The translations under genes were made by a program, and so were the position numbers. Shown in pieces: positions 1-8,689 of a stretch of 32,000 nt of DNA. Origin of the DNA: Halalkalibacterium halodurans (GTDB lineage Bacteria > Bacillota > Bacilli > Bacillales > Bacillaceae_D); contig NZ_SNUY01000047.1 in assembly GCF_004376175.1 (NCBI RefSeq), positions 1,214 to 33,213 on the forward strand, written 5' to 3'. Within the stretch, counting starts at the first letter, position 1. Each line of letters begins with the position of its first letter. The notes under the pieces are model-generated. The model searched no databases. It was not told where the DNA came from and saw nothing but the letters and a program-made list of their open reading frames with translations.

Positions 1-1
1 G

Positions 2-970
2 ATCTATGGAGTGATTTACTATCTGTTCGTGCGGGACACTCCAGAGGGAAAAACTTTTGTTCGAGCTAAACGTACAGGTGCAATGGAAGTGAGTAGCTGG
101 AAAGACTTGATTTGGCTCATTGTTTGGACGATACCATTGCACGCGGCTCTAGGGGTATTGGCTTGGAGATTAGAAGGGATGGGCTTCCTTTCTGAAACCA
201 TTCTATACACCATCTATCTCGTATTAGCTGTCGCCCTTGTTTATCAGGTTTACACAATTTTAAAAGTCAATGTTCCATTACTCAAAAAAGGGATCCCTGA
301 AGATGATCGGTACTCATTTAAAAATGTGGCCGCACTAAACAGTACGTACTTTGCGAACTTTGGTGCGGAGTTAGCGATTATCTCCATGTTACCGATGTTC
401 TTTCAGTTAACATTTTCTTTAACCCCCGGCCAAGCAGGGTTAATTGCTTCATCGTTTGCCTTTATTAACTTGTTTGCTAGACCGTTAGGCGGAATACTTT
501 CAGATCGGATGGGCAGTCGCCGAAACATCATGCTCGTCTATATGGCAGGTATTACGATTGGCCTAGTTGGAATGGGATTCATGGATTCAAACTGGCCACT
601 AGTGGTCGCCATCTTAATCACCGTGTTTACATCGGTCTTTATTCAAGGTGCTGAGGGAGCTACATTCGCTGTCATTCCAATGATTAAAAAGAGAATGACC
701 GGTCAGGTTGCTGGAATGGCTGGAGCTTACGGAAATGTAGGGGCGACGATTTACTTAACGTTATACACGTTCGTCACACCACAGCAGTTCTTCTTCATCC
801 TAGCTGGAGGAGCCCTTGCAAGCTTTGTCATATGTTACTTCTGGCTAGAGGAACCGGAGAATTCATTCGCTAGCGAATACGCTCTATCTTCAGTTGATGA
901 ACAGGCTGTCCAAGAAGCAGAAGTTAGCGAGGCGGAAGAATCCGTGGTCGTACAAAAGAAAGTGTTATAA
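2..970 (+). CDS. nasA: Nitrate/nitrite transporter (MFS, NNP family). This is the C-terminal ~320 aa. The 5' end lies outside the window.
   Basis: The reading frame is open from nt 2, with no stop before the track's GTG at 11, so the gene is cut by the window edge. The profile is strongly hydrophobic and multi-TM. It has an NNP-signature-like GMAGAYGNVGA and an FARPLGGILSDRMG loop. The stop lies 29 nt upstream of nasD. Confidence 0.85.
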   Translation: MYGVIYYLFVRDTPEGKTFVRAKRTGAMEVSSWKDLIWLIVWTIPLHAALGVLAWRLEGMGFLSETILYTIYLVLAVALVYQVYTILKVNVPLLKKGIPEDDRYSFKNVAALNSTYFANFGAELAIISMLPMFFQLTFSLTPGQAGLIASSFAFINLFARPLGGILSDRMGSRRNIMLVYMAGITIGLVGMGFMDSNWPLVVAILITVFTSVFIQGAEGATFAVIPMIKKRMTGQVAGMAGAYGNVGATIYLTLYTFVTPQQFFFILAGGALASFVICYFWLEEPENSFASEYALSSVDEQAVQEAEVSEAEESVVVQKKVL

Positions 971-999
971 CAAACAGGATTAAAAGGGGGAGACGCTGT

Positions 1000-3423
1000 A
1001 TGAAAGAAAAGTTAGTAGTTGTCGGAAACGGGATGGCAGGAATTCGAACCGTCGAAGAACTTTTTGAAAGAGGCGGACACGAACGGTATGAAGTAACAGT
1101 AGTTGGAGAAGAGCCCCACGTAAACTATAACCGAATTCTCCTTTCGTCTGTTCTCGCAAGTGAAGCGAACATGGAGGACATTGAGCTAAACTCATTGGAT
1201 TGGTATCGCGAAAACGATGTGGCGTTATACCGTTCTGAGAAAGTAACAAAATTAGATCGTAAAAAGAAAGTTGTTTTGACAGATAAAGGACAAAAAATTG
1301 CTTATGATAAAGTAATTTTGGCAACTGGCTCCCACCCTTTTATGCTTCCACTACCAGGAAGTGATTTAGAAGGGGTCATTGCCTTTCGAAACATTGAAGA
1401 CTGTGAAACGATGATCGAAACGGCTAAAAATTATAAAAAGGCGGTTGTCATCGGTGGTGGGTTGCTAGGGATTGAAGCAGCAAGAGGGTTGCTAAACCTA
1501 GGGATGGAAGTAGAAGTCGTTCATATTTTTGATTATTTAATGGAGCGCCAACTTGACCGAACCGCTGCAAACATTTTACGCACAGAGCTAGAAAATCAAG
1601 GAATGAAGTTTTTGTTAGAAAAACAGACAGAGGCTATCATTGGAAAAGGCCGCGTTGAACGTGTCAAATTTAAGGATGGTACGGAAACAAGGGCAGACCT
1701 TGTTGTCATGGCCGTTGGGATTCGTCCGAACCATGAAGTTGCGTCTGCTAGTGGGATTGAGGTTAATCGCGGAATTGTCGTAGATGACTACATGCAAACG
1801 AGCGATCCAGATGTCTATGCTGTCGGAGAATGTGCCGAGCATCGCGGGATGGTATACGGTCTTGTAGCTCCATTATGGGAGCAAGGGAAAATTTTGGCCA
1901 ATGCATTAATGGATAACAAGGATGAGAAGTACGAAGGATCCGTTTTATACTCGAAGTTAAAGGTATCCGGAGTACAAGTGTTTTCAGTTGGAGAATTCCA
2001 AGAGCAAGATGATGCCAAGTCTGTCAGCATGCTTGATGAGTTTGCCGGGATCTATAAAAAGATCGTCACACGTGGAGACAAAATTGTCGGCTCGATTTTA
2101 GTTGGGGATACGAGCGAAAGCACCATTCTCCTCAATCAAATTATAAAAGGGGTACCTTTTGAAGGGTCACCGATGCAGCTTCTACGCTCTCATGTAGGAT
2201 CAGCGGATGACGGTGTCTCGGCAGTCTCCATGTTAAGCAACGAAGATCAAGTATGCGGCTGTAACGGGGTGTCGAAGGGTGCTATTATCGATGCGATCAA
2301 AACCCAAGGCTGTGCAAGTGTTGCCGATGTAGGCGCATGTACGACAGCAGGTCGCTCATGTGGAACGTGTAAGCCGATGATCGCTGACCTTCTCGCGGAA
2401 GAGTTAGGAGAAACGGCGAATGAAAAAGAAACAATGTGTGGCTGTACAGACCTTTCTCATGAAGAAGTCGTTGCAGCGATTCGCGAAAAAGGTCTCACCC
2501 ATACACGGGAAGTGATGAATGTACTTGGTTGGAAGGAAGAGCATGGCTGTTCAAAGTGCCGACCGGCGATCAATTATTACCTTGCGATGGTACATCCTCT
2601 TGAGCACGAGGATGAGCGTGAATCTCGGTTTGTCAATGAGCGCCTCCATGCCAATATCCAAAAAGATGGAACGTACTCAGTCGTTCCGCGAATGTACGGT
2701 GGCGTTACCAATCCTGATGAATTAAGACGGATTGCGGATGTAGCGGAAAAATTTAACGTCCCTCTCCTAAAGATTACTGGGGGGCAACGGATTGACTTAC
2801 TCGGTGTGAAAAAAGAAGACGTTCCAAGCGTCTGGAAAGAGCTCGATATGCCTTCTGGCTATGCGTACGGGAAAGCACTCCGTACAGTCAAGACGTGTGT
2901 CGGTGAAGATTTCTGCCGTTTTGGCACGCAGGATTCCATCGGTCTCGGGATTGCGATCGAGAAAAAATTCGAGCGGTTGAATACACCTCATAAAGTGAAA
3001 ATGGCCGTATCAGCATGTCCGCGAAACTGTGCAGAATCTGGAATCAAAGATGTAGGCATTGTCGGCGTTGAAGGAGCTTGGGAAATTTATGTTGGTGGTA
3101 ATGGTGGTGCCAGTCTTCGTCTCGGCGATCTGATGTGCCGTGTGAAAACAAGTGAAGAAGTACTTGAAATCATCGGCGCTTTCCTACAATTATATCGCGA
3201 AGAAGCTCGCTATTTAGAGCGTACGTCTCATTGGGTTGAGCGAGTGGGACTGGATTATATTAAAGAAACTCTCCTTGAGCATCCAGAAAACCGTAAAGTA
3301 CTCAACGAGCGGATGGATGAGGCTTTATCTGTGCTTACAGATCCGTGGGAGGAAATTAACAACGATCCTTCTTTGAAAGAAACGTTGTTTGAGGAAAAAG
3401 TAGCGGTAGTCACTAGTGAATAA
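1000..3423 (+). CDS. nasD: Assimilatory nitrite reductase [NAD(P)H], large subunit.
   Basis: 807 aa. N-terminal FAD/NAD fold VVVGNGMAGIRT. BFD-like 2Fe-2S cysteines (CGCNGVSKG...CGTCKP). Siroheme/4Fe-4S motifs CVGEDFCRFG and SACPRNCAES. RBS AAAAGGGGGAG lies upstream of the ATG. Confidence 0.95.
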   Translation: MKEKLVVVGNGMAGIRTVEELFERGGHERYEVTVVGEEPHVNYNRILLSSVLASEANMEDIELNSLDWYRENDVALYRSEKVTKLDRKKKVVLTDKGQKIAYDKVILATGSHPFMLPLPGSDLEGVIAFRNIEDCETMIETAKNYKKAVVIGGGLLGIEAARGLLNLGMEVEVVHIFDYLMERQLDRTAANILRTELENQGMKFLLEKQTEAIIGKGRVERVKFKDGTETRADLVVMAVGIRPNHEVASASGIEVNRGIVVDDYMQTSDPDVYAVGECAEHRGMVYGLVAPLWEQGKILANALMDNKDEKYEGSVLYSKLKVSGVQVFSVGEFQEQDDAKSVSMLDEFAGIYKKIVTRGDKIVGSILVGDTSESTILLNQIIKGVPFEGSPMQLLRSHVGSADDGVSAVSMLSNEDQVCGCNGVSKGAIIDAIKTQGCASVADVGACTTAGRSCGTCKPMIADLLAEELGETANEKETMCGCTDLSHEEVVAAIREKGLTHTREVMNVLGWKEEHGCSKCRPAINYYLAMVHPLEHEDERESRFVNERLHANIQKDGTYSVVPRMYGGVTNPDELRRIADVAEKFNVPLLKITGGQRIDLLGVKKEDVPSVWKELDMPSGYAYGKALRTVKTCVGEDFCRFGTQDSIGLGIAIEKKFERLNTPHKVKMAVSACPRNCAESGIKDVGIVGVEGAWEIYVGGNGGASLRLGDLMCRVKTSEEVLEIIGAFLQLYREEARYLERTSHWVERVGLDYIKETLLEHPENRKVLNERMDEALSVLTDPWEEINNDPSLKETLFEEKVAVVTSE

Positions 3424-3435
3424 GGGGGTCAAAAG

Positions 3436-3759
3436 ATGAACGTTCAAGCATCAACAAAAACGTATTTTATTGGTAATGTAGACGATTTCCCAGTGAAGTT
3501 AGGGAGAGATATCTCGATTGATGGCGTGAAAATGGCCGTGTTTAAATTAGAGAGTGGACAAATCAAAGCCATTCAAAACAAGTGCCCTCACAAAGGGGGA
3601 CCACTTGCGGAAGGAATTGTATCAGGAGAACATGTTTTTTGCCCACTTCATGATTGGAAAATATCGTTACAGGACGGAATGGTTCAATATCCGGATGAAG
3701 GCTGTGTAACGACTTTCAAGACGACAGTGACTGATGGGAAGGTATACGTGCATATGTAA
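3436..3759 (+). CDS. nasE: Nitrite reductase small subunit (Rieske-like NirD).
   Basis: 107 aa with CPHKGGPL...CPLHDWK. RBS GGGGG lies 12 nt after the nasD stop. Synteny fits. Confidence 0.92.
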   Translation: MNVQASTKTYFIGNVDDFPVKLGRDISIDGVKMAVFKLESGQIKAIQNKCPHKGGPLAEGIVSGEHVFCPLHDWKISLQDGMVQYPDEGCVTTFKTTVTDGKVYVHM

Positions 3760-3786
3760 ACCTGATTGAAAAAGGGGCGTCTTGCG

Positions 3787-6018
3787 TTGGAAGAGATGAT
3801 TCAGTTTTTCCGTGAAAAACAAAAACAACAAGGGAAGGAAGCTAGGTACGATACAAGGTGTCCGTTTTGCAGTGTCCAATGCTCTATGACACTAACTGAG
3901 GAAAAGCTAGTGGCAACGAGCCGCTTTAAAGCAATCCCAAATAAACAGGACCCTACATCTGAAGGTAGGCTTTGTATTAAGGGAGTTCATGCCCATCAAC
4001 ATACGGTTCATCGTGAACGCATTCGCCAGCCGTTGGTCAAGACAGGCGGTGCGTTTGTGGAAACATCTTGGGAGGTAGCCCTTGGGCTTATCGCAGAACG
4101 ATTCAAGCGTCTGCAAAAAAGCTATGGACAAGATGCTGTAGGTGTCTTTGGCGGAGGCTCTCTTACGAATGAAGAAGCCTACCTATTAGGGAAGTTTGCT
4201 AGATTAGCCTTAGGGACACGTTACATTGATTACAATGGACGTTACTGCATGAGCTCAGCGGCCGCGGCTGCCAATTTGACGTTTGGTGTGGATCGCGGCC
4301 TCACAAATGAACTGCGGGAAGTCGAGGATGCCGAGTGCATCGTGTTAGCAGGGACAAATCTTGCAGAATGCCAACCTACACTAATGCCGTATCTCCGTCG
4401 AGCGAAAAAGAACGGAGCGTTTATTATCGTTCTCGATCCTCGGGAAACGGGGACAACGAAAATCGCGAACTTGCATTTGAAACCAAAGCCCGGCACCGAT
4501 GGGGCGATTGCTGCGGGGATGTTCAAAGTATTGATCGAGGAGGAACTGATCGATCGTACGTTTATTGAAGCACGAACGAATGGGTTTGAGCAAGTGAAGT
4601 CGGAGCTGCAAGAGATAGCATTGGCGGAGCTTGCTCTTGCAGCAGGCGTTCCAGAGGAGCAAATTCGTGAAGCAGCGATTCGTTTTGGCGAAGCACAAAC
4701 AGGCATGATCTTTACGGCACGCGGGGTAGAACAGCAAGCAACTGGAACCGCTGATGTCAGACAATTCCTCCACATTTTATTGGCGACTGGGAAGATCGGT
4801 CGCTATGCTTGTGGCTATGGTGCTGTAACGGGTCAAGGAAATGGGCAAGGTGGTCGAGAGCATGGGCAAAAAGCGGATCAGCTTCCAGGGTATCGTTCCA
4901 TCGAATCGCCTGAAGATCGAGCCTATATTGCGTCGGTATGGAATGTCGAGGAAAAGGATATCCCGCGAAAAGGCGTTTCTGCGTTTGAATTGTTTCAAAA
5001 GATTGACCAGCAGGACGTTCGCGGAATGTTTATTATGGGGTCTAACCCAGTCCTCTCAAGTCCTCATGAAAACTTAGTGAAGCGAGCATTGTCTCGATTG
5101 GATGTACTAGTTGTAGTCGATATGTTTATCTCAGAAACAGCAGAGTATGCAGATATCATTTTGCCGACAACCTCTTATTTAGAAGATGAAGGTACGATGA
5201 CAAACTTTGAAGGGCGTGTGGTCCATCGTCCAGGTTCAAAACCGCCTTTTGGAAAAGCGAAGCATGACTGGCAAATTCTCTGTGAATTAGCCGAGGCGTT
5301 AGACCGATCTCATGGCTTTCAATTTTCCTCCCCCGAGGAGATTTTCAATGAGCTTTGCCTTGCCTCTAAAGGGGGAAAAGCGGATTACAGCGGACTCTCC
5401 TATGAGAAAATCAAAGGGGAAGGTGTCCTTTGGCCATGTCCTACAAAAGAGCATGAAGGAACGGGCCGATTGTTCGAAGACCGCTTTTATACAGAGAATG
5501 GACGGGCGCAGTTTGGTTCTGTGCACTGCCCAGTCGATTCGGAAAACGGTGAGTACCCCTTATTGCTCACAACGGGCCGTGTTCTTACTCAATACTTGTC
5601 GGGCACACAAACGAGGCGGAGCGATGCGTTATTGTCCAAAGAGCCCGAACCATTCGTTCTTCTCCATCCAGAAACAGCCTCTTCTTATCAAATTCAAGAT
5701 GAGGATTGGGTAATGGTTCGTTCTCCTTATGGCGAGGCAAAATTGAAAGCAAGGCAGTCAGAAGGAATTCGCGAAGATACTGTGTTCGTGCCGTTCCATT
5801 GGGCTGGTTCTGTATCGATCAACCATGTTGTCGCACCAGAGCTTGATCCAACATCACGCATGCCTGCCTTTAAGCGAACGAAGGTGCAATTAATGAAAAT
5901 AATTGAAGAAAAAGGCGAGAGTTGGTATTCTGGACAAAAGAACGATAGACAGGAGTCTGAGAATACCGATGACATACTCGATCCAGTCCATTCAGGTGGG
6001 GTTGCCAAAAACCGTTGA
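3787..6018 (+). CDS. nasC: Assimilatory nitrate reductase catalytic subunit (Mo-bisMGD, N-terminal 4Fe-4S).
   Basis: Molybdopterin oxidoreductase-like throughout. N-terminal cluster CPFCSVQCSM...C. The start is uncertain. The track uses TTG 3766. TTG 3787 sits 10 nt after AAAAGGGG and aligns best with my recollection of the B. subtilis NasC N-terminus. ATG 3796 is also possible. The last ~45 aa form a non-conserved-looking tail that overlaps the next gene. Confidence 0.9.
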   Translation: MEEMIQFFREKQKQQGKEARYDTRCPFCSVQCSMTLTEEKLVATSRFKAIPNKQDPTSEGRLCIKGVHAHQHTVHRERIRQPLVKTGGAFVETSWEVALGLIAERFKRLQKSYGQDAVGVFGGGSLTNEEAYLLGKFARLALGTRYIDYNGRYCMSSAAAAANLTFGVDRGLTNELREVEDAECIVLAGTNLAECQPTLMPYLRRAKKNGAFIIVLDPRETGTTKIANLHLKPKPGTDGAIAAGMFKVLIEEELIDRTFIEARTNGFEQVKSELQEIALAELALAAGVPEEQIREAAIRFGEAQTGMIFTARGVEQQATGTADVRQFLHILLATGKIGRYACGYGAVTGQGNGQGGREHGQKADQLPGYRSIESPEDRAYIASVWNVEEKDIPRKGVSAFELFQKIDQQDVRGMFIMGSNPVLSSPHENLVKRALSRLDVLVVVDMFISETAEYADIILPTTSYLEDEGTMTNFEGRVVHRPGSKPPFGKAKHDWQILCELAEALDRSHGFQFSSPEEIFNELCLASKGGKADYSGLSYEKIKGEGVLWPCPTKEHEGTGRLFEDRFYTENGRAQFGSVHCPVDSENGEYPLLLTTGRVLTQYLSGTQTRRSDALLSKEPEPFVLLHPETASSYQIQDEDWVMVRSPYGEAKLKARQSEGIREDTVFVPFHWAGSVSINHVVAPELDPTSRMPAFKRTKVQLMKIIEEKGESWYSGQKNDRQESENTDDILDPVHSGGVAKNR

Positions 6019-6613
6019 TTACAAAGGGAAGGAAGTCACCACAAGCATCTTTAAGGAGCCGGTTACGGGTCCCGTCAAGCTTATGAAAACAGGCGTCGAA
6101 GGAGATCAGCAGGCCGATTTGATCAATCACGGCGGTGTAGATAAAGCTGTTTGCGTCTATCCGCTTGATCATTATTCTTATTGGGGGGATAAGCTCGGTG
6201 GAAGCTTGGGGCCTGCTGCATTCGGTGAGAATTTGACAGTTATCGCGCTGACGGAAGAGCAAGCTCATATTGGTGATACGTTCCGAGTGGGAGAGGCTCT
6301 CGTACAAGTGAGCCAGCCGCGCATGCCGTGCTTTAAGTTAAATGTAAAGCATGGGGTGACAAAATTTCCGTTATGGATTCAAGAAACGGGATGGAGTGGC
6401 TTTTACTTACGTGTTCTTGAAGAAGGAAATGTGCGTGTAGGGGATACCTTTTCTCTCGTCGATCGTGTCGAGGGTCACCCGACTGTTCTAGAGGTCAACC
6501 AATTGTATTATCCAAAGGACATCAATAAAGAGCAGCTTAGACGAATGAGTCAATTACCGGAATTAGCAGATGCTTGGAAAAAGGCATTTAGCAAAAAGCT
6601 AGCAAACGCATGA
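5969..6613 (+). CDS. MOSC-domain protein (YiiM-like, Moco-sulfurase C-terminal domain plus 3-alpha domain).
   Basis: The start MTYSIQSIQVGLP at ATG 5969 has AGGAG 13 nt upstream. The track's 5903 start is an upstream extension inside nasC. It carries the conserved MOSC cysteine context SQPRMPCFKL. It overlaps the nasC 3' end by 50 nt in another frame. Confidence 0.85.
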   Translation: MTYSIQSIQVGLPKTVDYKGKEVTTSIFKEPVTGPVKLMKTGVEGDQQADLINHGGVDKAVCVYPLDHYSYWGDKLGGSLGPAAFGENLTVIALTEEQAHIGDTFRVGEALVQVSQPRMPCFKLNVKHGVTKFPLWIQETGWSGFYLRVLEEGNVRVGDTFSLVDRVEGHPTVLEVNQLYYPKDINKEQLRRMSQLPELADAWKKAFSKKLANA

Positions 6614-6633
6614 CAAAAAGTCATGCGTTTTTT
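6606..6633 (+). terminator. Rho-independent terminator ending the nas-MOSC transcription unit.
   Basis: Perfect 9-bp stem ACGCATGAC / GTCATGCGT with a 5-nt A loop, followed by TTTTT. It overlaps the MOSC stop codon. Confidence 0.85.
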
Positions 6634-6698
6634 GCATGATGTGCCTCATTTTGGAAATCATAACCGGTATGATGTACCTCAGAGGTAGGTGACCAAAA

Positions 6699-7796
6699 AT
6701 GGCGTCGATTGTATCGGTGAGCAGCTATCCGCCCCCTTATTTATTGAAACAAGAGACAACGACTGAATTTGCGAAGGAGCTGTTTCAAGAAGATTTTCGT
6801 GACATTGAGCGCTTATTAAAATCATTTTCGAACGGGCAAATCGAAGAGCGACAGTTTGCTGTTCCTCTCGATTGGTTTCGTCAGGATCATTCTCTACAAG
6901 AAAAAAATGATACCTACATAAAGCTGGCAACGATGTTTAGTGTAGAGGTCGTTCGTCAGTGTCTCCAATCGAACGTTTTTTTGAAAAAGCCAGTAGCGGA
7001 GGAGGAAATCGATACGATTGTCTTTGTGTCGAGCTCTGGGATGGCTACCCCAAGCATTGAAGCAAGAATGATGAATGAGCTACCATTCTCTCCTCATACG
7101 AAACGGGTCCCAATGTGGGGACTCGGTTGTGCCGGTGGAGCTGCTGGGATGAGCCGGGCCTATGAATATTGCCGCGCGTTTCCGCGAGCGAATGTACTCG
7201 TCGTTTGTGTCGAGCTTTGCAGTCTCACGTTTCAACGCCAAGATCGGACCAAAAGCAATTTAATTGGAGCATCCCTTTTTTCTGATGGTGTTGCGTGTGC
7301 CCTAGTGAGCGGCGATGAATCTGACGTTCTTGGGCGGATGAAAATGCCAACGCGGCCATTAATCCTAGGCTCCTCTTCTACACTCATGCCAGATTCGGAA
7401 CAAGTGATGGGCTGGGATGTGAAGGATACAGGCCTCCATGTCGTGTTTTCCCGAGATATTCCGAACATTATTCGCCACTGGCTCAGGCCTAATGTGGAGC
7501 GCTTTTTGGAGACGTATCGACTGTCCTTGGAACAAATTGAGGCTTTTATCGCCCACCCAGGAGGACGAAAGGTGTTGGAAGCTTATGAAGAAGCGCTGTC
7601 CTTTTCAGACGAGATGACGGAGTATTCCCGTGACATTTTACGCCATCATGGTAACATGTCATCCCCTACGGTATTGTACGTTCTTGAAAAATTTATGAAG
7701 GATACGAGAGATCCTGGACAATATGGATTAATGGCAGCACTAGGGCCAGGGTTCTGCTCTGAATTAGTGCTTATACAATGGGAGGCGGTTCATTGA
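6699..7796 (+). CDS. bpsA: Type III polyketide synthase (chalcone-synthase superfamily; alkylpyrone/alkylresorcinol synthase-like).
   Basis: 365 aa. Cys-His-Asn triad contexts are visible: WGLGCAGGAAGM, FIAHPGGRKV, HGNMSSPTVLYVL. RBS GAGGTAGGTG. It is followed by the expected methyltransferase partner. Confidence 0.9.
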   Translation: MASIVSVSSYPPPYLLKQETTTEFAKELFQEDFRDIERLLKSFSNGQIEERQFAVPLDWFRQDHSLQEKNDTYIKLATMFSVEVVRQCLQSNVFLKKPVAEEEIDTIVFVSSSGMATPSIEARMMNELPFSPHTKRVPMWGLGCAGGAAGMSRAYEYCRAFPRANVLVVCVELCSLTFQRQDRTKSNLIGASLFSDGVACALVSGDESDVLGRMKMPTRPLILGSSSTLMPDSEQVMGWDVKDTGLHVVFSRDIPNIIRHWLRPNVERFLETYRLSLEQIEAFIAHPGGRKVLEAYEEALSFSDEMTEYSRDILRHHGNMSSPTVLYVLEKFMKDTRDPGQYGLMAALGPGFCSELVLIQWEAVH

Positions 7797-8356
7797 TGAT
7801 ATGGGTGTATGCATTCATTAGCTTAGTCATTGTGCAACGGCTGGTGGAAGTGGGATTAGCGAATCAAAATGCTAAATGGATCCGGTCAAAAGGGGGATAT
7901 GAGGTTGGACAGACACATTACAAATATTTAGTACTGCTTCATGGCTTCTTTTTTGTGTCGTTAATAACGGAGGTGACGATTAAAGGTGTCGCATTCGATC
8001 TTTGGTCGGCGATTCCCTTTGCATGGTTTCTTTTTGCGCAAATCTTACGGCTATGGGCGTTATCCTCACTCGGTCGATTTTGGAACACAAGAATCATGAT
8101 TCTACCCGATGCGAATGTGATCGCAAGTGGTCCGTATCGTTACATCAAGCATCCGAATTATGCGGTCGTCATTATTGAGATTGCTATGCTCCCTCTATTC
8201 TTTAAAGCTTATATGACAGCGTTTCTATTTTCCCTACTTAATGCCATTGTGCTTTACATACGAATCCATACGGAAGAAGAAGCATTACAAGCAGCAACGA
8301 ACTATGAAGCTGTTTTCGAAGGAAAAGCCCGATTCACCCCGAAGTTGGATGAATAA
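7796..8356 (+). CDS. bpsB: Membrane methyltransferase of the isoprenylcysteine carboxyl methyltransferase (ICMT) family, partner of the type III PKS.
   Basis: A polytopic membrane protein with an RYIKHPNY motif. ATG 7796 overlaps the PKS stop (TGATG) and has GGGAGGCGG 8 nt upstream. The track's 7778 start is probably an artefactual extension. Confidence 0.85.
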   Translation: MIWVYAFISLVIVQRLVEVGLANQNAKWIRSKGGYEVGQTHYKYLVLLHGFFFVSLITEVTIKGVAFDLWSAIPFAWFLFAQILRLWALSSLGRFWNTRIMILPDANVIASGPYRYIKHPNYAVVIIEIAMLPLFFKAYMTAFLFSLLNAIVLYIRIHTEEEALQAATNYEAVFEGKARFTPKLDE

Positions 8357-8392
8357 AGAGGATAACCTTGTTTTTCTTGGTCATCCTCTTTT
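8356..8392. terminator. Hairpin after bpsB (moderate terminator).
   Basis: Stem AAGAGGAT(A)ACC / GGT(C)ATCCTCTT with an 11-nt T-rich loop. Only a short T tract (CTTTTC) follows. Confidence 0.55.
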
Positions 8393-8689
8393 CATCCTAC
8401 CACTCGATTTTGGCGATTAACTCCTCATAGATGCCCACCTCACCATACCTTGTTTCTGATGTTTTGCTTTTTAACTGTACCGATGCTATCTCTTTTTCAA
8501 CTTTAGCAAAAAAAGTCATTTTTTGAAGAGGGAATCTCGCATGTTTCTCTTTTCAAACGAAAGGGAAACGTGCTATCCTTTACGAGAATTTTGAATTTCT
8601 TGCCCGATCGGCAAGCCGTACGTTAAGGAAAGTAAAACGTAAGCTTACGCAAGAGGACAAGATTTTCTAATGAAAATGAGGGATGCGGG

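Noticed and set aside
4242-4775. 177-aa and 130-aa minus-strand ORFs antisense to nasC.
   Set aside because: They are fully embedded in a strongly recognisable molybdopterin-oxidoreductase coding frame. The translations are low-complexity (Ala/Ser/Arg/Cys-rich). They have no RBS. These are typical shadow ORFs.
5870-6307. 145-aa minus-strand ORF spanning the nasC/MOSC junction.
   Set aside because: It lies antisense to two recognisable genes. It has no RBS and no motif.
8397-8519. 40-aa minus-strand ORF (MTFFAKVEKEIASVQLKSKTSETRYGEVGIYEELIAKIEW) that ends next to the bpsB hairpin.
   Set aside because: There is no Shine-Dalgarno sequence upstream, an in-frame stop lies 11 codons upstream of the ATG, and there is no recognisable motif. 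It is kept only as a comment within the spacer finding.
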